A stretch of 64,000 nucleotides of DNA from Vermamoeba vermiformis (lineage: Eukaryota). A program made the translations under genes and the position numbers. Below the pieces are notes generated by a model. The model was not told the origin of the DNA. It saw only the letters and a program-made list of their open reading frames with translations, and made no database searches. Below, one piece after another: positions 1 through 13,639 of this stretch (the stretch's first letter is position 1; every line of letters starts with the position of its first letter). The stretch is from assembly GCA_045837725.1 (NCBI GenBank), contig JBEWZL010000106.1, positions 1 through 64,000 on the forward strand. The letters run 5' to 3'.

Positions 1-116
1 AGTAAAGCACACCTTTTCTTCAACGAACTTAAAAACCCGGATCTTGATCTTGACAAAATTATTTTATTCTTATTTTACATTAAAGTACACAAAATGGCAT
101 CTTATTACGCACGTCT

Positions 117-1727
117 TCATAATTGTATGGAGCTACAATAATATATTAGCAAGCTTAAAAAATACGTTTGACACTTACGTCGTGGCTCAATATGATGCAA
201 TTGCGATAACACAGTGAATTTATGGTCCCACGGAACAATATCACTGCAATCATATATCAACAGCGTTCGTAAATTATTAAGAGAAGCGAGACGTGAAATG
301 AAGTCTTCGTACTGATCCACATTTTGCAACGTTAAGCTTCGTAGCGAAGTCCAAGTTGATATCTGGTCTGTTATTTCTTTCGAACACATTTCTACTGTCA
401 AATGCGTAATTTGTGCGTGATCGTGCTCGTACGAAAGCGACTCAACATTTTGGTGGAGCACCTGCAAATTCGTTAAACCGTGAATATTAACAACGCTTGA
501 GTTAATTCCTAATGATGTGAGATAAGTGAGTGAACCCAAGCCTTCTATATGTGAGGCAGATACGGATAAATTTTCCAATTTGTCAAGAACTGGAAGCTGG
601 ATGTGTGCCTGCGCCGAAGATGATTCTGAATAACAGGTAAGCGTTTTTAAATACTGCAAAGCTGTTAATGGTGTTAAATCGACATAATTTGCAGATCTCT
701 TGATTTGGATTTGCAGCTCTGTCAAATTTCCAAATTTGGTCACATCCAACACATGCTTTGCAAAAGTAATTTGTAGACTCCTGATCGATTCGACGTTCAA
801 TATAGGTAATGCATTAGCACTATCTCCATAAGATCTGAAGTCAACTGATGTCAGTTTGGACAACGGATGTAGATCCAATTCTTCTTTCAGCGGCCAACCG
901 AGGAACGATAGTGTTTCCAAATTTGTTAATAGTGATATGTCCTTCATATTATTGTTTTCGGGAATACTATGAGTAACGCATAAACTCGTAAGTTTTTGCA
1001 ATCCGCTCCAATTTTCAATATAAACATCATATATTTTTAACATTTCCAAATTTGGTAAATTAATACCTAAGTGGATATTGTGACCCCATGAAGCTATAAG
1101 TTCAAGCGCTTTTAAGTTCTGATAAGTCGCGAAATAATTTTCTGTCGGAATTGTCGAGAAGGCTTTTAGCACCAACCGGGTCAGTTTTGGGCTTTTTGGG
1201 AATGAAGGAGGGACATTTACGTTCGTTAAATAAGCCGATTCCAAATTTGGTAATGTCAGATCGTACTCGCACTTTCCGTTGAAAGAAGAGGTGCCAATTG
1301 CATTAACTTGTGCTTTTAAATGTCGTAATTTTGTTAATGGCTCTATAGTGTAATTTGATAGTAATCCGATCGTTAATTGTTGTAAATTCGTCAATGCTGA
1401 AATGAATCTTGGATCTTCTTCGTAATTTGGTCTTTCCGAAAACGTGAGAGACGACAAATTTGTTAACTTCGATATTGGTTGTATATGTGTTGTTGATATA
1501 TAGTCCATTGAACTTTTAGTGAAGTGTAAGCCCAGCAGATTCGTGCATTTGGAAAACGTATCCACAATCTTCTCCAAGTCTGAAGTTAAATAATATCCAA
1601 TTGAAAAATCCCATAAGTTGAGGTATTTTATCCATTGTTTGCAAACCAAGCGTAATTGGTATCGGTATTTATAGCCGTTAAGAAATGAAAAAATTAAAAG
1701 CAGCACGTCCGAAGGAATATCCATCAA
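117..1727 (-). CDS. F-box/leucine-rich-repeat protein, single exon
   Basis: 536-aa ORF. N-terminal F-box (DIPSDVLLLIFSFL...LRLVCKQW) followed by many LxxLxxLxL repeats. Confidence 0.85.
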   Translation of the reverse strand: MMDIPSDVLLLIFSFLNGYKYRYQLRLVCKQWIKYLNLWDFSIGYYLTSDLEKIVDTFSKCTNLLGLHFTKSSMDYISTTHIQPISKLTNLSSLTFSERPNYEEDPRFISALTNLQQLTIGLLSNYTIEPLTKLRHLKAQVNAIGTSSFNGKCEYDLTLPNLESAYLTNVNVPPSFPKSPKLTRLVLKAFSTIPTENYFATYQNLKALELIASWGHNIHLGINLPNLEMLKIYDVYIENWSGLQKLTSLCVTHSIPENNNMKDISLLTNLETLSFLGWPLKEELDLHPLSKLTSVDFRSYGDSANALPILNVESIRSLQITFAKHVLDVTKFGNLTELQIQIKRSANYVDLTPLTALQYLKTLTCYSESSSAQAHIQLPVLDKLENLSVSASHIEGLGSLTYLTSLGINSSVVNIHGLTNLQVLHQNVESLSYEHDHAQITHLTVEMCSKEITDQISTWTSLRSLTLQNVDQYEDFISRLASLNNLRTLLIYDCSDIVPWDHKFTVLSQLHHIEPRRKCQTYFLSLLIYYCSSIQL

Positions 1728-2024
1728 ATTAATAGCACCCTATAGTTCAAATAATTAATAATAATTTTTGTATAATAATTAAATTTACGCTGGAAGAAAG
1801 AAAAATGAGAAAAGTACCAGATCGAGTTGGATCGGCTGTTCAATGCTTAACCGATCAACCTGACAGCTTCGCTCCATATTTAATTAATGTTTTGATGCGG
1901 CGGACATCTTGGGTTAACACGTAGCAATTTCGTAAAAAAAGTAAAGGACCAAACCAACGAAAAAATTTCGCATTTTGCTATGAGCCAACTGAAATCTTTG
2001 ATTAGGCAATATATACATATTATT

Positions 2025-4213
2025 TATTATCGAAGTCAATAGGACGCCATTTTCGCTTCTTTAACTGCTCTTTCACGAGAACAACATCACCGCAGATCTC
2101 CGTAATTTTTTGTACTTCGGTTGGTCTGCTTGTGTTGGTCCCATCAGTGAACCTAATAACCATAAATAATATAAGACACTATAGTATAGTAATGAAAGTA
2201 TTCTTACTCTACGGGCAGCAGTTCCAAGTTCACATTTGGAACCCATTCGCGCAAATAATCATGCGGTTCGTTCACTGATTTTTTCTTAGAATTGCTATTA
2301 TTTGCAAATATAATAGTTAAGCTACAATAATATAACGTTAGTGAATATATTGAATTAGTAGTAATTCTATGACCGTACATTTGATCGCCAGTTTTAAATT
2401 TGGATCGCACGCCTATTGCCATTAACTCCGAAGGCAGCGCTGATAATTTTTTGCAAGCAAATGCAGTTATATCTCCGAACTCAACGGATTCAGCTGCCGA
2501 CTCTTCTCTTCCTCGCTTCTTAGTATCAACTCGGTTTGTGTGTACCAGGATCCGTTTTGAAATTTGGCTGGACTCAAAATCGAAAATTCTCGTATTAAAT
2601 CGCTGGCAATATACAAATTTTCCCGTTCCAATCTAAAAAGGCAGAATTAATTAATTTGGGGGTTTTTTTGTTTGAAATTTTCGTACCGTGAAAATTTGAT
2701 GGTACGCGAACTCTGGAGGCCAGTTTCCTAATAAGGAAACTCTCGTAAGAACTTCTCCGTTATCTGCGTCGAAGAAATGTAATTGAGATTGATGCGCTAT
2801 TGCAATTATTCCGTCGTTGAGTTTTGCCAGGACATTTTGACTTGACGACGTGCCCGATTTTTCTTCAAGGTTGTACTGGCTGATGACTTTTTCGGTTCTA
2901 AAATCAACTAATTTCCATTTTAGGCCTTTTTGGTGCGTTACCGAAGCCAATAAAACCTATCAGATTTAAATTTTAGTTAAAAAATTTCGAATTTTTTTTG
3001 GATCTGATCCGCCGAAACGAAAGAACCTACTTTTTCATCGTCTATACTCCATATATTAAACTCGCCCGATCTCTCAGTAAAACAAATTCGTCCAGTTTCC
3101 GTATCAACGACTTCCAACCGAAATTTCTCTGAGGTGACGTTGGGATCCAACTCAGTGCTCGAATAGGCAAGGTATTTTCCACAAAGTTGAAATTTCATTT
3201 TGTAGATGAAGTCCTGGTAGCCAAAAGCAGCGCTCATTGGAAAAGTTTTGCAACTGCCGTCTTGCAGATCCACAACGAAAAACTTGGTATTACTAAAAAA
3301 GGAAATATTTCATTAAGATGGCTCCCTTAAGTTATATGTTATGAACGTACGATGAAATAGCTACGGTATTATAGTCTTTTTTGTCGTTAACTTGCATAAA
3401 TCCGAACTTATTGGCAGCTGAAAAAATGTACGATTAAATTTCTGATTATTTTATATTCAATGCCCTTACGATAGTCTTTTAATTCTACTTCGCGGTTTTC
3501 ATTAGTTTTTCTATCAATAATTTGCAATCGATTTTTGCAGTAAACAACGCCCGAAGTAAAATTTTCAGCCTAGGCGAACAAAATCAGATCTGGATCACTT
3601 GAGCTAATAAAAATACTTACAAAACCAGTGACTATATATGAACTTGTTAATAATGCACCCTCTTCTCCAATAGTAATGTCTTTTCTTTCGCCAGTAACGA
3701 GATCTACAATCTCATGCTTTTGAAACAAGGATCTCGGACTCATTAAGCTTTGATGAACCATCGTTAGTCTGTATTATTATACTATAGTCTATTAATTACT
3801 TTGGGAAGTCGATCCAAGCTATTAAAGCCTCATTGCCGGCAACAGAGCAGCAATGCGTTCGGTTCGATCCGCCTTCGGTGTTTTGCATTGACGAAGCGAC
3901 AACTTTAGCAATGCATCTTAATACAATATTAATAAGAGTGCATAATATATGAAATTGTCCTCTTTGAATACTTACAAGCGTCGTTTCATATTTTCTTTAA
4001 TTTTTGCCAGATTTGTACTGCGACGAGATTGTTCCGCTTGAGATCGTTCTGCTTTGCCTTTGTCATCGATATTCTATTAAATAAGAGTTAGATTTTGACA
4101 GTGGATTTTGTTGTTATTCATAAAAAAAGCTGAAATTATTCGTTACATCCCGAAACAATTTTGTAAAAATTCAGATTGGCTTTTTATGGCAAAAATAATT
4201 AATAATACCGCCA
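2025..4213 (-). CDS. Multi-exon protein of unknown function, possibly beta-propeller-like (ends approximate)
   Basis: Collinear minus-strand ORF fragments (2204-2422, 2651-2950, 2977-3273, 3570-3761) separated by GT-AG introns. Beta-rich segments such as LEVVDTETG and LHFFDADNG. Confidence 0.5.
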
Positions 4214-4594
4214 TTCTAGTATTTTCTAATGCGAGTAAATTGTGAATAAATTCACTTGGCCGAGATCAAACCCTTTCGTACCAGTGGCTGTACCTTGTTG
4301 ATTCTCTTTCGCCTTGCAAGCCGCTCTAATATTATCATCACTATTATTAGAATAATCGCCGCTATTATATCGACATAAGACATTCTGGATGTGGTGTTTT
4401 TAATTTTTCGCCTTTCCACAGAGCTCTAAAGCCTTCTAATAGCGATACCTATCGTCTATATTTATGTCACTATTTAATATGTGTTGCTATTCATTATGAA
4501 TCAAACTTGTGAAATGGTCTTCGGCGGATTTCGCATCAGCTAACTACGTCAGATTTTTTTTTATGAACATAAACGCACTGAATAACACAATAGA

Positions 4595-6345
4595 ATGGTG
4601 CATGATACGGATTATCGCGAAATATTAGGCACACAAGCTCCAACTAGGACTTCCAGCGTCGGCATCCCGTTGAAGAAACCCGCGTGCCAGTACTGCAAGA
4701 AGAGAAAAGTCAGATGTGATCATAAATTACCGTGCAATCAGTGCAAGAAGAGGAAAATAACATGTGAATATGATGCACAGCCTAATACTCAAGAAGACAT
4801 CGTTTCAAAGCTGATCTCGGAGGTCGATCAACTCAAATCCGAATTACACGCACAGAGGCAAATTTCAGAATATTGGCGTAATTTATATCAAGAAAAATCA
4901 CGTATTGATAATCCTATCGTGCTTAATATAACCCGCCGACCTCTGTTTTCTGAATCAACAATTAAATTCAGCCACAACGTCATCAGCGCAGTAGAAAAAT
5001 CAAATAGGGCATTTTTGGAATTAATTTCACCTTTAATGCCTAATACGGCAAGTGAATATCGCCAAGAATATTCAGCTCTGGGATGGAACAGATTGGTTGA
5101 CAGTTTGCCCGAAGATCTCGTCGCCAATATACGTTCTATGAATATAGAATTTATGACACAGATGCTTTATCAATCGTCTATATTTGCACTAGGTAAATAA
5201 CAGAAAATATGCGAATCCAACCAAATTTCAGTTTTCCAACCCAGATCCTCCTCATTTTTGACCGTACGCATCGTGTTTATTGACTTTTCCTAATTAGGAA
5301 CCACTTTATTACAAGAAATAGAGCTTTCAAAGCACTTCAGCAAAATATCAATGTTGCTCTTGGACACGCACGAAATCCATTACGCGAGAACTCAACCAGA
5401 GACAGCGAAACAAGTGATGCTAGCGTATATCTATAGTTTATATTATCTTATGACAAATAGAGAATTTGATTCCATTTCTCCACTTTGGCGCAAAGCCGCA
5501 GACTTTTTTTCGTTCACTGAAAAATATTTTACCCCATCCACGCAAGAAGAGTACGTAATAATTATGCTATAATACTAGTATAACATTAATATTTTATAAT
5601 ATTTTAGAGTGGTTTACTCCCTGACACTCATAGATCCAGCTGAAGCTAGCGCGAGATCCGATTTTTGGATGAGACGATTGGAAACACCCGTCGTTTCGAT
5701 TAACTACAATAAGGTACTATTATAATATAGGTATATTATAGAATATTATTAACAAGTAATTGGCCTTAGCACGTCATCCAGTTGCTAAAAAACATTGCCC
5801 GAGCGATCATCTTAGTACCAAGATCCGCACAATTTTTTGCCACTCAGCCACAATACCTTAAGTAAGTTATAAATATCATATATACTCGACGGCTAAATAA
5901 CCTTTCACTGCTTAGGCATACGTTAGACAACCTGCATTTTGATTGGTTGTTGCAACAAGTCCGATACTCACCATGCTACAATTTCTACGAAATTTTGGTC
6001 CGCAGCGTGCAAAAATTAATTAATTCGTTCATGAACGATAGTTTGATCGAAGAAATTAATCAAGATGAACGAAAAATAGCGGATCTAATGAAGTCGCTGA
6101 ACAGATCACAACAAGCGTATATTTTACGAGGATATGAATATTTTCATTATGTAATTGAAAATTTGCAACGAGTTAGCGACGACTGCACGACAGATCTGAT
6201 TTTAGATCAGCTTGAAATTTTTATCAGCGCGTGTTCCTCTGAAGACTCTGAAAGCGATAATAGCGACTACACTTTTAATAGCAATGATATGTCCGAGGAT
6301 TTGTACCATTTTGTAACCTCTAATACGACTTTAAATGTCTTGTAA
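4595..6345 (+). CDS. Zn(II)2Cys6 (GAL4-like) binuclear-cluster transcription factor, multi-exon
   Basis: ACQYCKKRKVRCDHKLPCNQCKKRKITCEY matches the six-Cys cluster and is followed by a coiled coil. Downstream exons near 5297-5550, 5609-5713, 5770-5861 and 5916-6345. Confidence 0.85.
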
Positions 6346-6492
6346 ATGATGTAACATAAAAGTTAGGCAAGTCACGTGACTTTTCCTAATTTGGTAAGTG
6401 TCGATCACTTCTGCTATCAGAACGTGTTTTTTTACCAATTAATTGCTTCTGCCTGAAAATAAGCACCAGAGGTTCGTTTTGAATTGCTTGTT

Positions 6493-9400
6493 TTACTTTT
6501 GCATGGCTTCGAGTTGAAGCACAATTTTATCAATTGAAATTCGCTTGTCAGGTGCCATATGCCAGCACTCTTTCATCAGCTGTGCAAGCTCTGAAGGACA
6601 CGAGGATGGAATGCTTGGTGTGAGTCCATTATCGCGAATCAGTCTACCAACCTCGATTGGATCTGCTTCTGCATGTGGCTCTGATTGTGCGATGACTTCG
6701 TACATTAGCACACCAAACGACCAGATATCTGCAAACAGAATATTAGTATCTCAATGCAGAAGTTCAATAATATTTGCAGCACATACCAGACTTATTGGAG
6801 TACTCTTTGTTTCTGAGTGACTCAGGCGACATCCATCGAATAGGTCCGAGTTCTGACTTCGTTGTGCCTCGCTGTTTGTCTGAATCGATCAATCGTGACA
6901 TGCCAAAGTCTGTGATCTTGGGCTCGTTCTGATGCAACAACACATTTCTCGCAGCAATGTCACGGTGCACAATGTTGTTCGCATGCAAGTGCTCGAGACC
7001 TTTGGCCATTCCGACGAGCCACGAGAGCTTTTGTTGCACTGAGAGAGGCTGCTTGGCTTCAAAAAGAGCGTCGTCCAAAGAGCCTCCGTTGCAGTACTCG
7101 ATGACCAAGATGATGCTGTCGGTCTCAGGATGCACGCTGAACCCGAACAACTGAATCACATTGGGATGCGGTCGAAGTTGCATCATCAGTTCGAGTTCAC
7201 CAATCACCGTTGAGTTAGCTTGTGTCATGCTGACTTTGAGTGCCACTGTCGTGCTGTTCCACGTGCCTTTGAACACTTGTCCGCTTGCTCCTTGACCGAG
7301 CTGATCACCGAACTTGATGCTCTCGAAGGGAATGAACCATTGGCCGTACTTGCCTGCGAGACCAATCATCTTATCAGAGCCGCCTTGTCTTCTCCTTCGC
7401 TTATTTCTTCGAACTAAAAAGAACACAAGGAGTGCCGTGGCAATGAGTGCCGCACCGATGGGCACAACAATCACGACAATGAATTCTGCCTGAGTGAGAC
7501 CTGAGGGAGAAGTTGATGGTGTCTCGGGGTAGGTGTCATTATTGGAGACAGGTGGGCTAATCGTGATTGCGTTGTGCGGAATGATCATGATTCTGTCGAC
7601 ATACGCGTTGAAGGCTGAAATGCCACCAGCAATGATAGTGACATTAGCACTCGTCTCGAGCACAACTGCCGGACTGAAAGTGAAGTCCAGCTGCTGCTCG
7701 TCAAGGCCACCATTCTCTAAGTCTCGATAGCTCAATATTCCTTCGTTCATCGACAACAAAAAGTTGCCAGCGAGAGCTATCGTCGGGACCGATGAAAGCG
7801 CGTTGGGCAGCTGTTCGTACTGCCACGTGCCAGTGCGCACGTCGTAGATGTAAAGCGAGTTGAATCGATCTGGATTGCCAGTGGTACCCAGAGCACGGCT
7901 AGTGATGTAGAGCCGACCGTCGTTGTGCACTAACATCTGTTGAAACACGTACTTGAAGATGTCCTCCATAATAGGCGCAGGTGCAGTCGAGTTCCACGAC
8001 GGCAACGAATCAGCTGAAAACACGTCCAACGTGTTGTTATTGGTGCGCATGAAAGCCATGCCTTGACTCGTGGGGACTGGGAGGTGCAAGAAGGACGAGG
8101 ACTCGTTGTTGACTACTGGCTGCGTGTAGTTCGTGTACGTCGTCCAATTGCCTGTCACAGGATCATAGACAGCCATCACAGTGTCCATCCACACGACGAG
8201 TTTGTTGTCTAGTGCTGCTGCTGAGTAAAACCAACGCACTACGAAGCCGTTGTTAATCAACTCTGCTGGCATGTCCGTTGAGTTCCACTCGTTCGTCACG
8301 TAGTTGTAAATATCCACGCGGTTGTAATTCACTTTGTCTGCATTCGGGTCCAACAAACTAGCAATAACAAATCGCTCGTTGTCAAAGTCATAGAGTTTCC
8401 CTCCGGACAGCGTCAAGTTGTGATTCGTGACTTGCAACCAGTTGTTCGAGTTCATCACTTGACCGTCGGCCGTAATAAAATCAGAGCCAATGCGTACTTG
8501 TGGTATTATCGCAACTGGTTGTTGTTTGATAGTATTCGCAGCACCGCCGCTAAAAAACGTCGTTTTGGTGACTTTTTGATCAACTTCGAAGATGTAAACT
8601 GCGTCAAGGTCTTCAGCTGGTATCATGCTAACTATAGTGCTAAACCCTGGTATCTCCGAATCAGTTACTCCATACAGCATGTCCAGTGCTAGATCGTAGC
8701 CGTAAATATTTTTGTTTGTCGTAGCGAAGACTTGGTAAAGCGCGAGACTGACGCTGAATGTTACTTCTATTGTCGGTTTAGGCGCTGTTGCGATCCAAAT
8801 ATCCCTCTCGGCATTGTAAATGTTGAATTGCATTGCGGCGCCATCCGAGTACTTGGTCATATAGATCACGGTGTTGTTCAACATGAACGCGTGTTTGAAG
8901 ACAATTGTTTGGTAGATAGGCTGATTGTCAGTGCTATTCCAATATAAAGTGACTAGCTGCGTGTCGTTGAAGAGAAATGTCACGCCAGGCATTGACAGGA
9001 CGTTGCGTAACTTTTCAAGTGAAACAATTGTTTTCCAAGAACGGCGGGCCACGTGGTACAGCAGAACCGTGTCACCGGCGTTTGCTGTGCCAATTCGAAG
9101 TGCTACCACGCCATTGGCTGCAATCGAAGCAATGACGTTCTGTGTCATGAAAGGAGCAGTCACCAGGTCAGGGTACTCTTGCAAGTCGCCACTCGTCATG
9201 TCGTACACCCACACTGAGCTCGAGTAGACATTTGTCGCGACATTGACGCCTCCAAGCACTACCACGACTCCTTCTTCGCTAAAAATAGCGCATGAGGCCA
9301 TGCCTGACAGCAACTTCCGCAGTGGCACCGGATCTGTCCAATTACCACTTTGCACGTCAAGAATATCGACGCCATTGCTGCCAATTACTGCTAGAAAAGT

Positions 9401-9808
9401 GTTGTAAAGAGCTATTCTCTGAGTATTCACGACAGTAGGTCCAGTGCCATAGTTGATGAATTCATGCTGGATCGGATCGTATATGTAGGTCGGATTTACG
9501 TAATGAACTCCACCAACAATATAAATATTTGGGTCTATGACTACTGGAGTTGCAAATGCACGAGGAGAGCTTAGTTGAATTGATGACGTGTTCTGTGAGA
9601 TCAAGTCGTAAACTTCGATCGTGCGTGTTGCTGTCAGATCTCCGTGTTCGAAGCCACCAATAAAATAGACTTTAGAGTCTGCTTCAATAGCTGAAAAGCC
9701 TACTCTCGGCGTGGATAGGGTAGACGTGTTGAAAGCCACTCCAGCAAAACTGATCTGGACCGTAAAAACTAGCGCAACAAATATAAGTTGCCAAATATTG
9801 CACGTCAT
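6493..9808 (-). CDS. Receptor tyrosine-kinase-type protein with Kelch-like extracellular domain
   Basis: Signal peptide, Kelch-like GG motifs (VYFIGG, IYIVGG, VVLGG), a TM helix followed by RRNKRRR, and kinase motifs GQGASG, VALK, HRDIAARN, DFG, PIRWMSPE. One intron at about 6729-6786 joins to DIWSFGV. Confidence 0.9.
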
Positions 9809-10628
9809 GTTTGTGAGCAATCTGATGATTAATTAGGGTTAGTCATTGGCCAGTTATTTAAAAAAAGATATCGACATCCAATTCACAAGTAACCCAGCAG
9901 AACACAATCGCTTCGATTAATGATATCAAAGGAGAAGTTGATTATTATAAAAAAAAATTCGATTGCTTGAATCCAATTTAAAATGCTGGCGCGAAAAGAA
10001 ACCGCGGGAGACAGCTGTCAGCAGATCTGGTTCTTACCTCCGTGTTACCAGGTTAATGTTTGGTCAATTTAGTTGTGGTGCTTCATGTTCGAGTTCAGTA
10101 ACATATAACCGCATAAAGTTGTTCATTCGTCACGTTGTTCATTTCACAGTACCATGTGGACTTCCGTACCAAATGCTGTCTAAACGTTTTGGACTTATAA
10201 AGAATTAAAGATCATATTAAGTCATATTATATTACCAATGCGCTGTATCAACCAATTGAATTTTGTGGTTCGTTTTTTTGCTGATGTGATCGATTGTTTT
10301 CGAATCTGCAACTAACTGTTAGTGGTTAGTAGCAATACCCTAATTTTTTACGATATTTTGAGACCCAACAAACTAATAATAGTTTTTTTGTAATTTTCAT
10401 GTTTGTAAACAGGATCACTAATCCACTAACTAGAATGGTAACTTACACGTGCACGATATATAAGGTCGCACTCATTGTTATATTATGTTGCTTTGTGCTC
10501 CTTTGATCATTCATGTTGGACTGAGCTGGTTTATCGAACGCAAAAAAGTCCACGCACGTACGAGGTTGCAAAACGTTCTTTTAATGAGTTAGACTATCAA
10601 AAAGATATCAGATAGGTTAATAACATAA

Positions 10629-11718
10629 TTAAAAGAAAGTGCTGCGAAGAGCACGGTTGAATTGTTGAGAATCGGATCTGGGCTTAGCAGCAAGGTTGCG
10701 ACGGCAAAAAGAGGGCAATTCAAAAGCGCTGGATGAAACGGAGGGCTGGAAGTTCATGACAATGGCATTGACTACAATATCAGTGTCAAAGAAGGCAAAC
10801 TTGACGTTGTAGCGAAGAGGAATATCGCCGACAAAGCATGCACCAACGTAATCTGAAAAAAAGAAATAAGTTAGTTTATTTCTGGGCGTAGGCGATAAAA
10901 AAAAATGCTTATATATAGAAATCGCTAGGTTACTATATTCGCATAGTAAAGGATTTGCATTTTAAGTTGAATAAATGTGATCCAGATCACAAAACCGGAT
11001 TCGCGAAAGAAACCAATGCCGTTGGTTCAATAAAAATAGTTCGTACCATTTCCGGTGTAAGTAATCCAAGAGTTGCACTTTTGGCCGGTGGGAAGTGTCC
11101 GGGTACCATTGTAAACGGCGCTTGCCATAAACGCCCAAATATCTTGAGCGGGTTTAGCGGGCGATGAAATGCAAGATGACTTGGTAGTGTTGATCTCGTA
11201 TTCCTTGCCCTATTAAACGATAATGAGAGATTTTCACGCCGTTGATAATAAATCCAAAAAAATTCTTGAAATCCACAATCACAACACATTTAAAGCTTAC
11301 GGCAAATTATTATTAAATAATAATTATGAATAAAAATGCTAGATATTCTGTTAATTGGTAAAGTGTCAAAACGTTGGACATCTGAAAAGATAATTACCAA
11401 ATCATTACGAACAATCACCAAAGCTTCTTCTTCACCGAATTGGTTGAATTGTTGGCTCTTGAACCTAAATTGATCGATCATAACATTAGTATGACGTTCT
11501 ACTGAAGATCCAACTACGATCCTTTGGAAAATCGCTGCTTACTTTCCGTCGGGGAAGTTATACCACACTTGCATGCTCATTTGAGTGTCACCATTAGCGT
11601 CAACAAAGACGACCTTTGAAGTGAATCTGGGAGGCGGATTTGGCTTGCGAGGCGACTGAGCGGCAGTGAGAACTGCAAGAACGAAGAGAATAGCGACAAT
11701 AATAACGCGCGATAACAT
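10629..11718 (-). CDS. Secreted ependymin-related (EPDR-like) protein, 4 exons
   Basis: Signal peptide and PNPPPRF start. Spliced exons give KEYEINTTKSSC...CNSW and a C-terminal FQPSVSSSAFELPSFC typical of ependymin-like proteins. Confidence 0.6.
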
Positions 11719-11941
11719 TTTAGGTGCTGTTGTATTCTTAGGTGCTAAAAAACAACAATTGAAACACAAACCAAACTTTTAGGGATTTTCTGACAACTTG
11801 ACAGCTCGCAAGATCCAGCCTTCGTATGGAAGAACGAGAACGTATGCTAATAGTCATGCTTAAATATCTACGTCATTGATCCAATAAGGCGAAGGCGGTT
11901 TTTGTTACAATTATTTTATTTTTATTAACAAGTTTTGAATA

Positions 11942-13639
11942 CTATTACACGTTGCTGCTTTTTACTATTAAAAATAAAATATTAGTAATTATTTTAACGA
12001 CAGAAAACCGATCCAGATCGCGCAACTTACCTTTTCGTTTGGTTTCAACGAATTATTGAATAACAGCCGCCTTAGATTAGTGTACTTCGATAACTGTTTG
12101 AAATCAACGACGCATTCTTCAGCAATAAAATTCAATTCTTCCAGCCAAGTCATGGGCTCAAGACACTTCAGTCGTTCCATGTTGATCTGTTGTTCGACTC
12201 CGTTTGCTTCTAGCTTCAAATTCTTCAGCTTAGTGAACAGTGTAACGCGCGAGAAGTCTTCTATAGAAATCTCATGGCAGTACGAGTAATCCAAGCCTAA
12301 AACAAGATCCGATCAGAAAATAATTTCTTTCGCGATCCGAACTTAGAACGCAAATTCAAACGTAAACTAATTATTATATGCATATAATACGTAATTAAGG
12401 GTTGAATAAAATTATTGCCGGCTTACCAAGTGACCTCAGATTATCAAAGCAAGTAAAGTAGCCAACGTTTTGGTCGTTCCATAACAACGATATTGATAGC
12501 TGTCGTAACGAGCTTAGCCCCGATAATTGACAGACAAATTTCGGAGAAAATGATACGTCTTCGAGGAACAGCGTTTGTAAGTTCGTTAAGTGCGTCAAAT
12601 TGCCCAAATGCTCTCCATTTGCTATCTTTTGGTTATCGCTTATATTCAATTGCCTAACATTAACTAGGTGCCTATTATATAAATTATTAATACCACATTT
12701 TTTGCACGAGCGCAAACTTCAAAAAATTGACCGGATCTGGTACACTCGCACGGGTACATTATTCATCTTAGTTTAACAATGACTTACGTTAGAGCTTGTA
12801 AATCCGTGTCTGCTAAATTAGTGCCACGTATCCTAAGCCATTGCAATTGTGTCAAAGGTTTGAAATCTTCGACGGAGACGTTGCCACATCCGTCGAGTTG
12901 TAGATCTTGTAACTTCGTCAATGTGCTTATTAATGATAACCCAGGGTGTAATGATTGCTCCTCTCCTTGAGCTGTCAATAGCAGCGTATGCAAATTTGTA
13001 AAGTAACGGATGTCGTCCGTGATCTTGTGCGAGAGAACTAATCGTCGCAACGTTGAAATGTGCGTTAGTGATTGCAAGCCTTCTATTTGCAAATTGGCGC
13101 ATTTGTTAATATTCAATGACTGCAAGTTTGTTGCGTATTTTGCTAAGACTATAAGTGCATGTGATGATATTGACGGACAATCGTAAAAGTTGACCCTGGA
13201 TGTAGGCAAAAGAAAACATTAGCAATTAACGTTCTATAATTATGATATGTGTATATATAATCTATATATGCGAATGCACGATATGACTCGTGAGTAAACC
13301 CGCGCAATTTTTTAAAATAAATTTCGCGATCGGATCTGAAATTATTCTAACGGCATACCTTAATAAATTCTGAACTTTTGATAAAATTGGTTCTAAATGC
13401 TTGTCTGTGAGCTCTTTGTTAATTAGCCTGAAGTCCAATAAAGTCTGAAACCTCCAACACCAAATCTGCCATCTCTTCGCGACCAACTGAAGTCGGAAAA
13501 GCTCGAGTATATTGAAGTATTTGAATATAACGCCTAATATATCAATAGGCAAGTCGTCGAATGTAACCGACGGTGTCTCCCGCACGCGTTTTTGTTTTTT
13601 AACGTTCGGTTCCTCGTCATCTTCGTCTGACAAGCCCAT
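11942..13639 (-). CDS. F-box/LRR protein, multi-exon (3' end approximate)
   Basis: FDDLPIDILGVIFKYF...LQLVAKRW F-box. Cys-containing LRRs in the following exons (LQSLNINKC, LQDLQLDGC). Confidence 0.85.

Noticed and set aside
6545-9227. Short plus-strand ORFs overlapping the receptor kinase (and similar antisense ORFs elsewhere)
   Set aside because: They are antisense shadows of real genes with no recognisable motifs.
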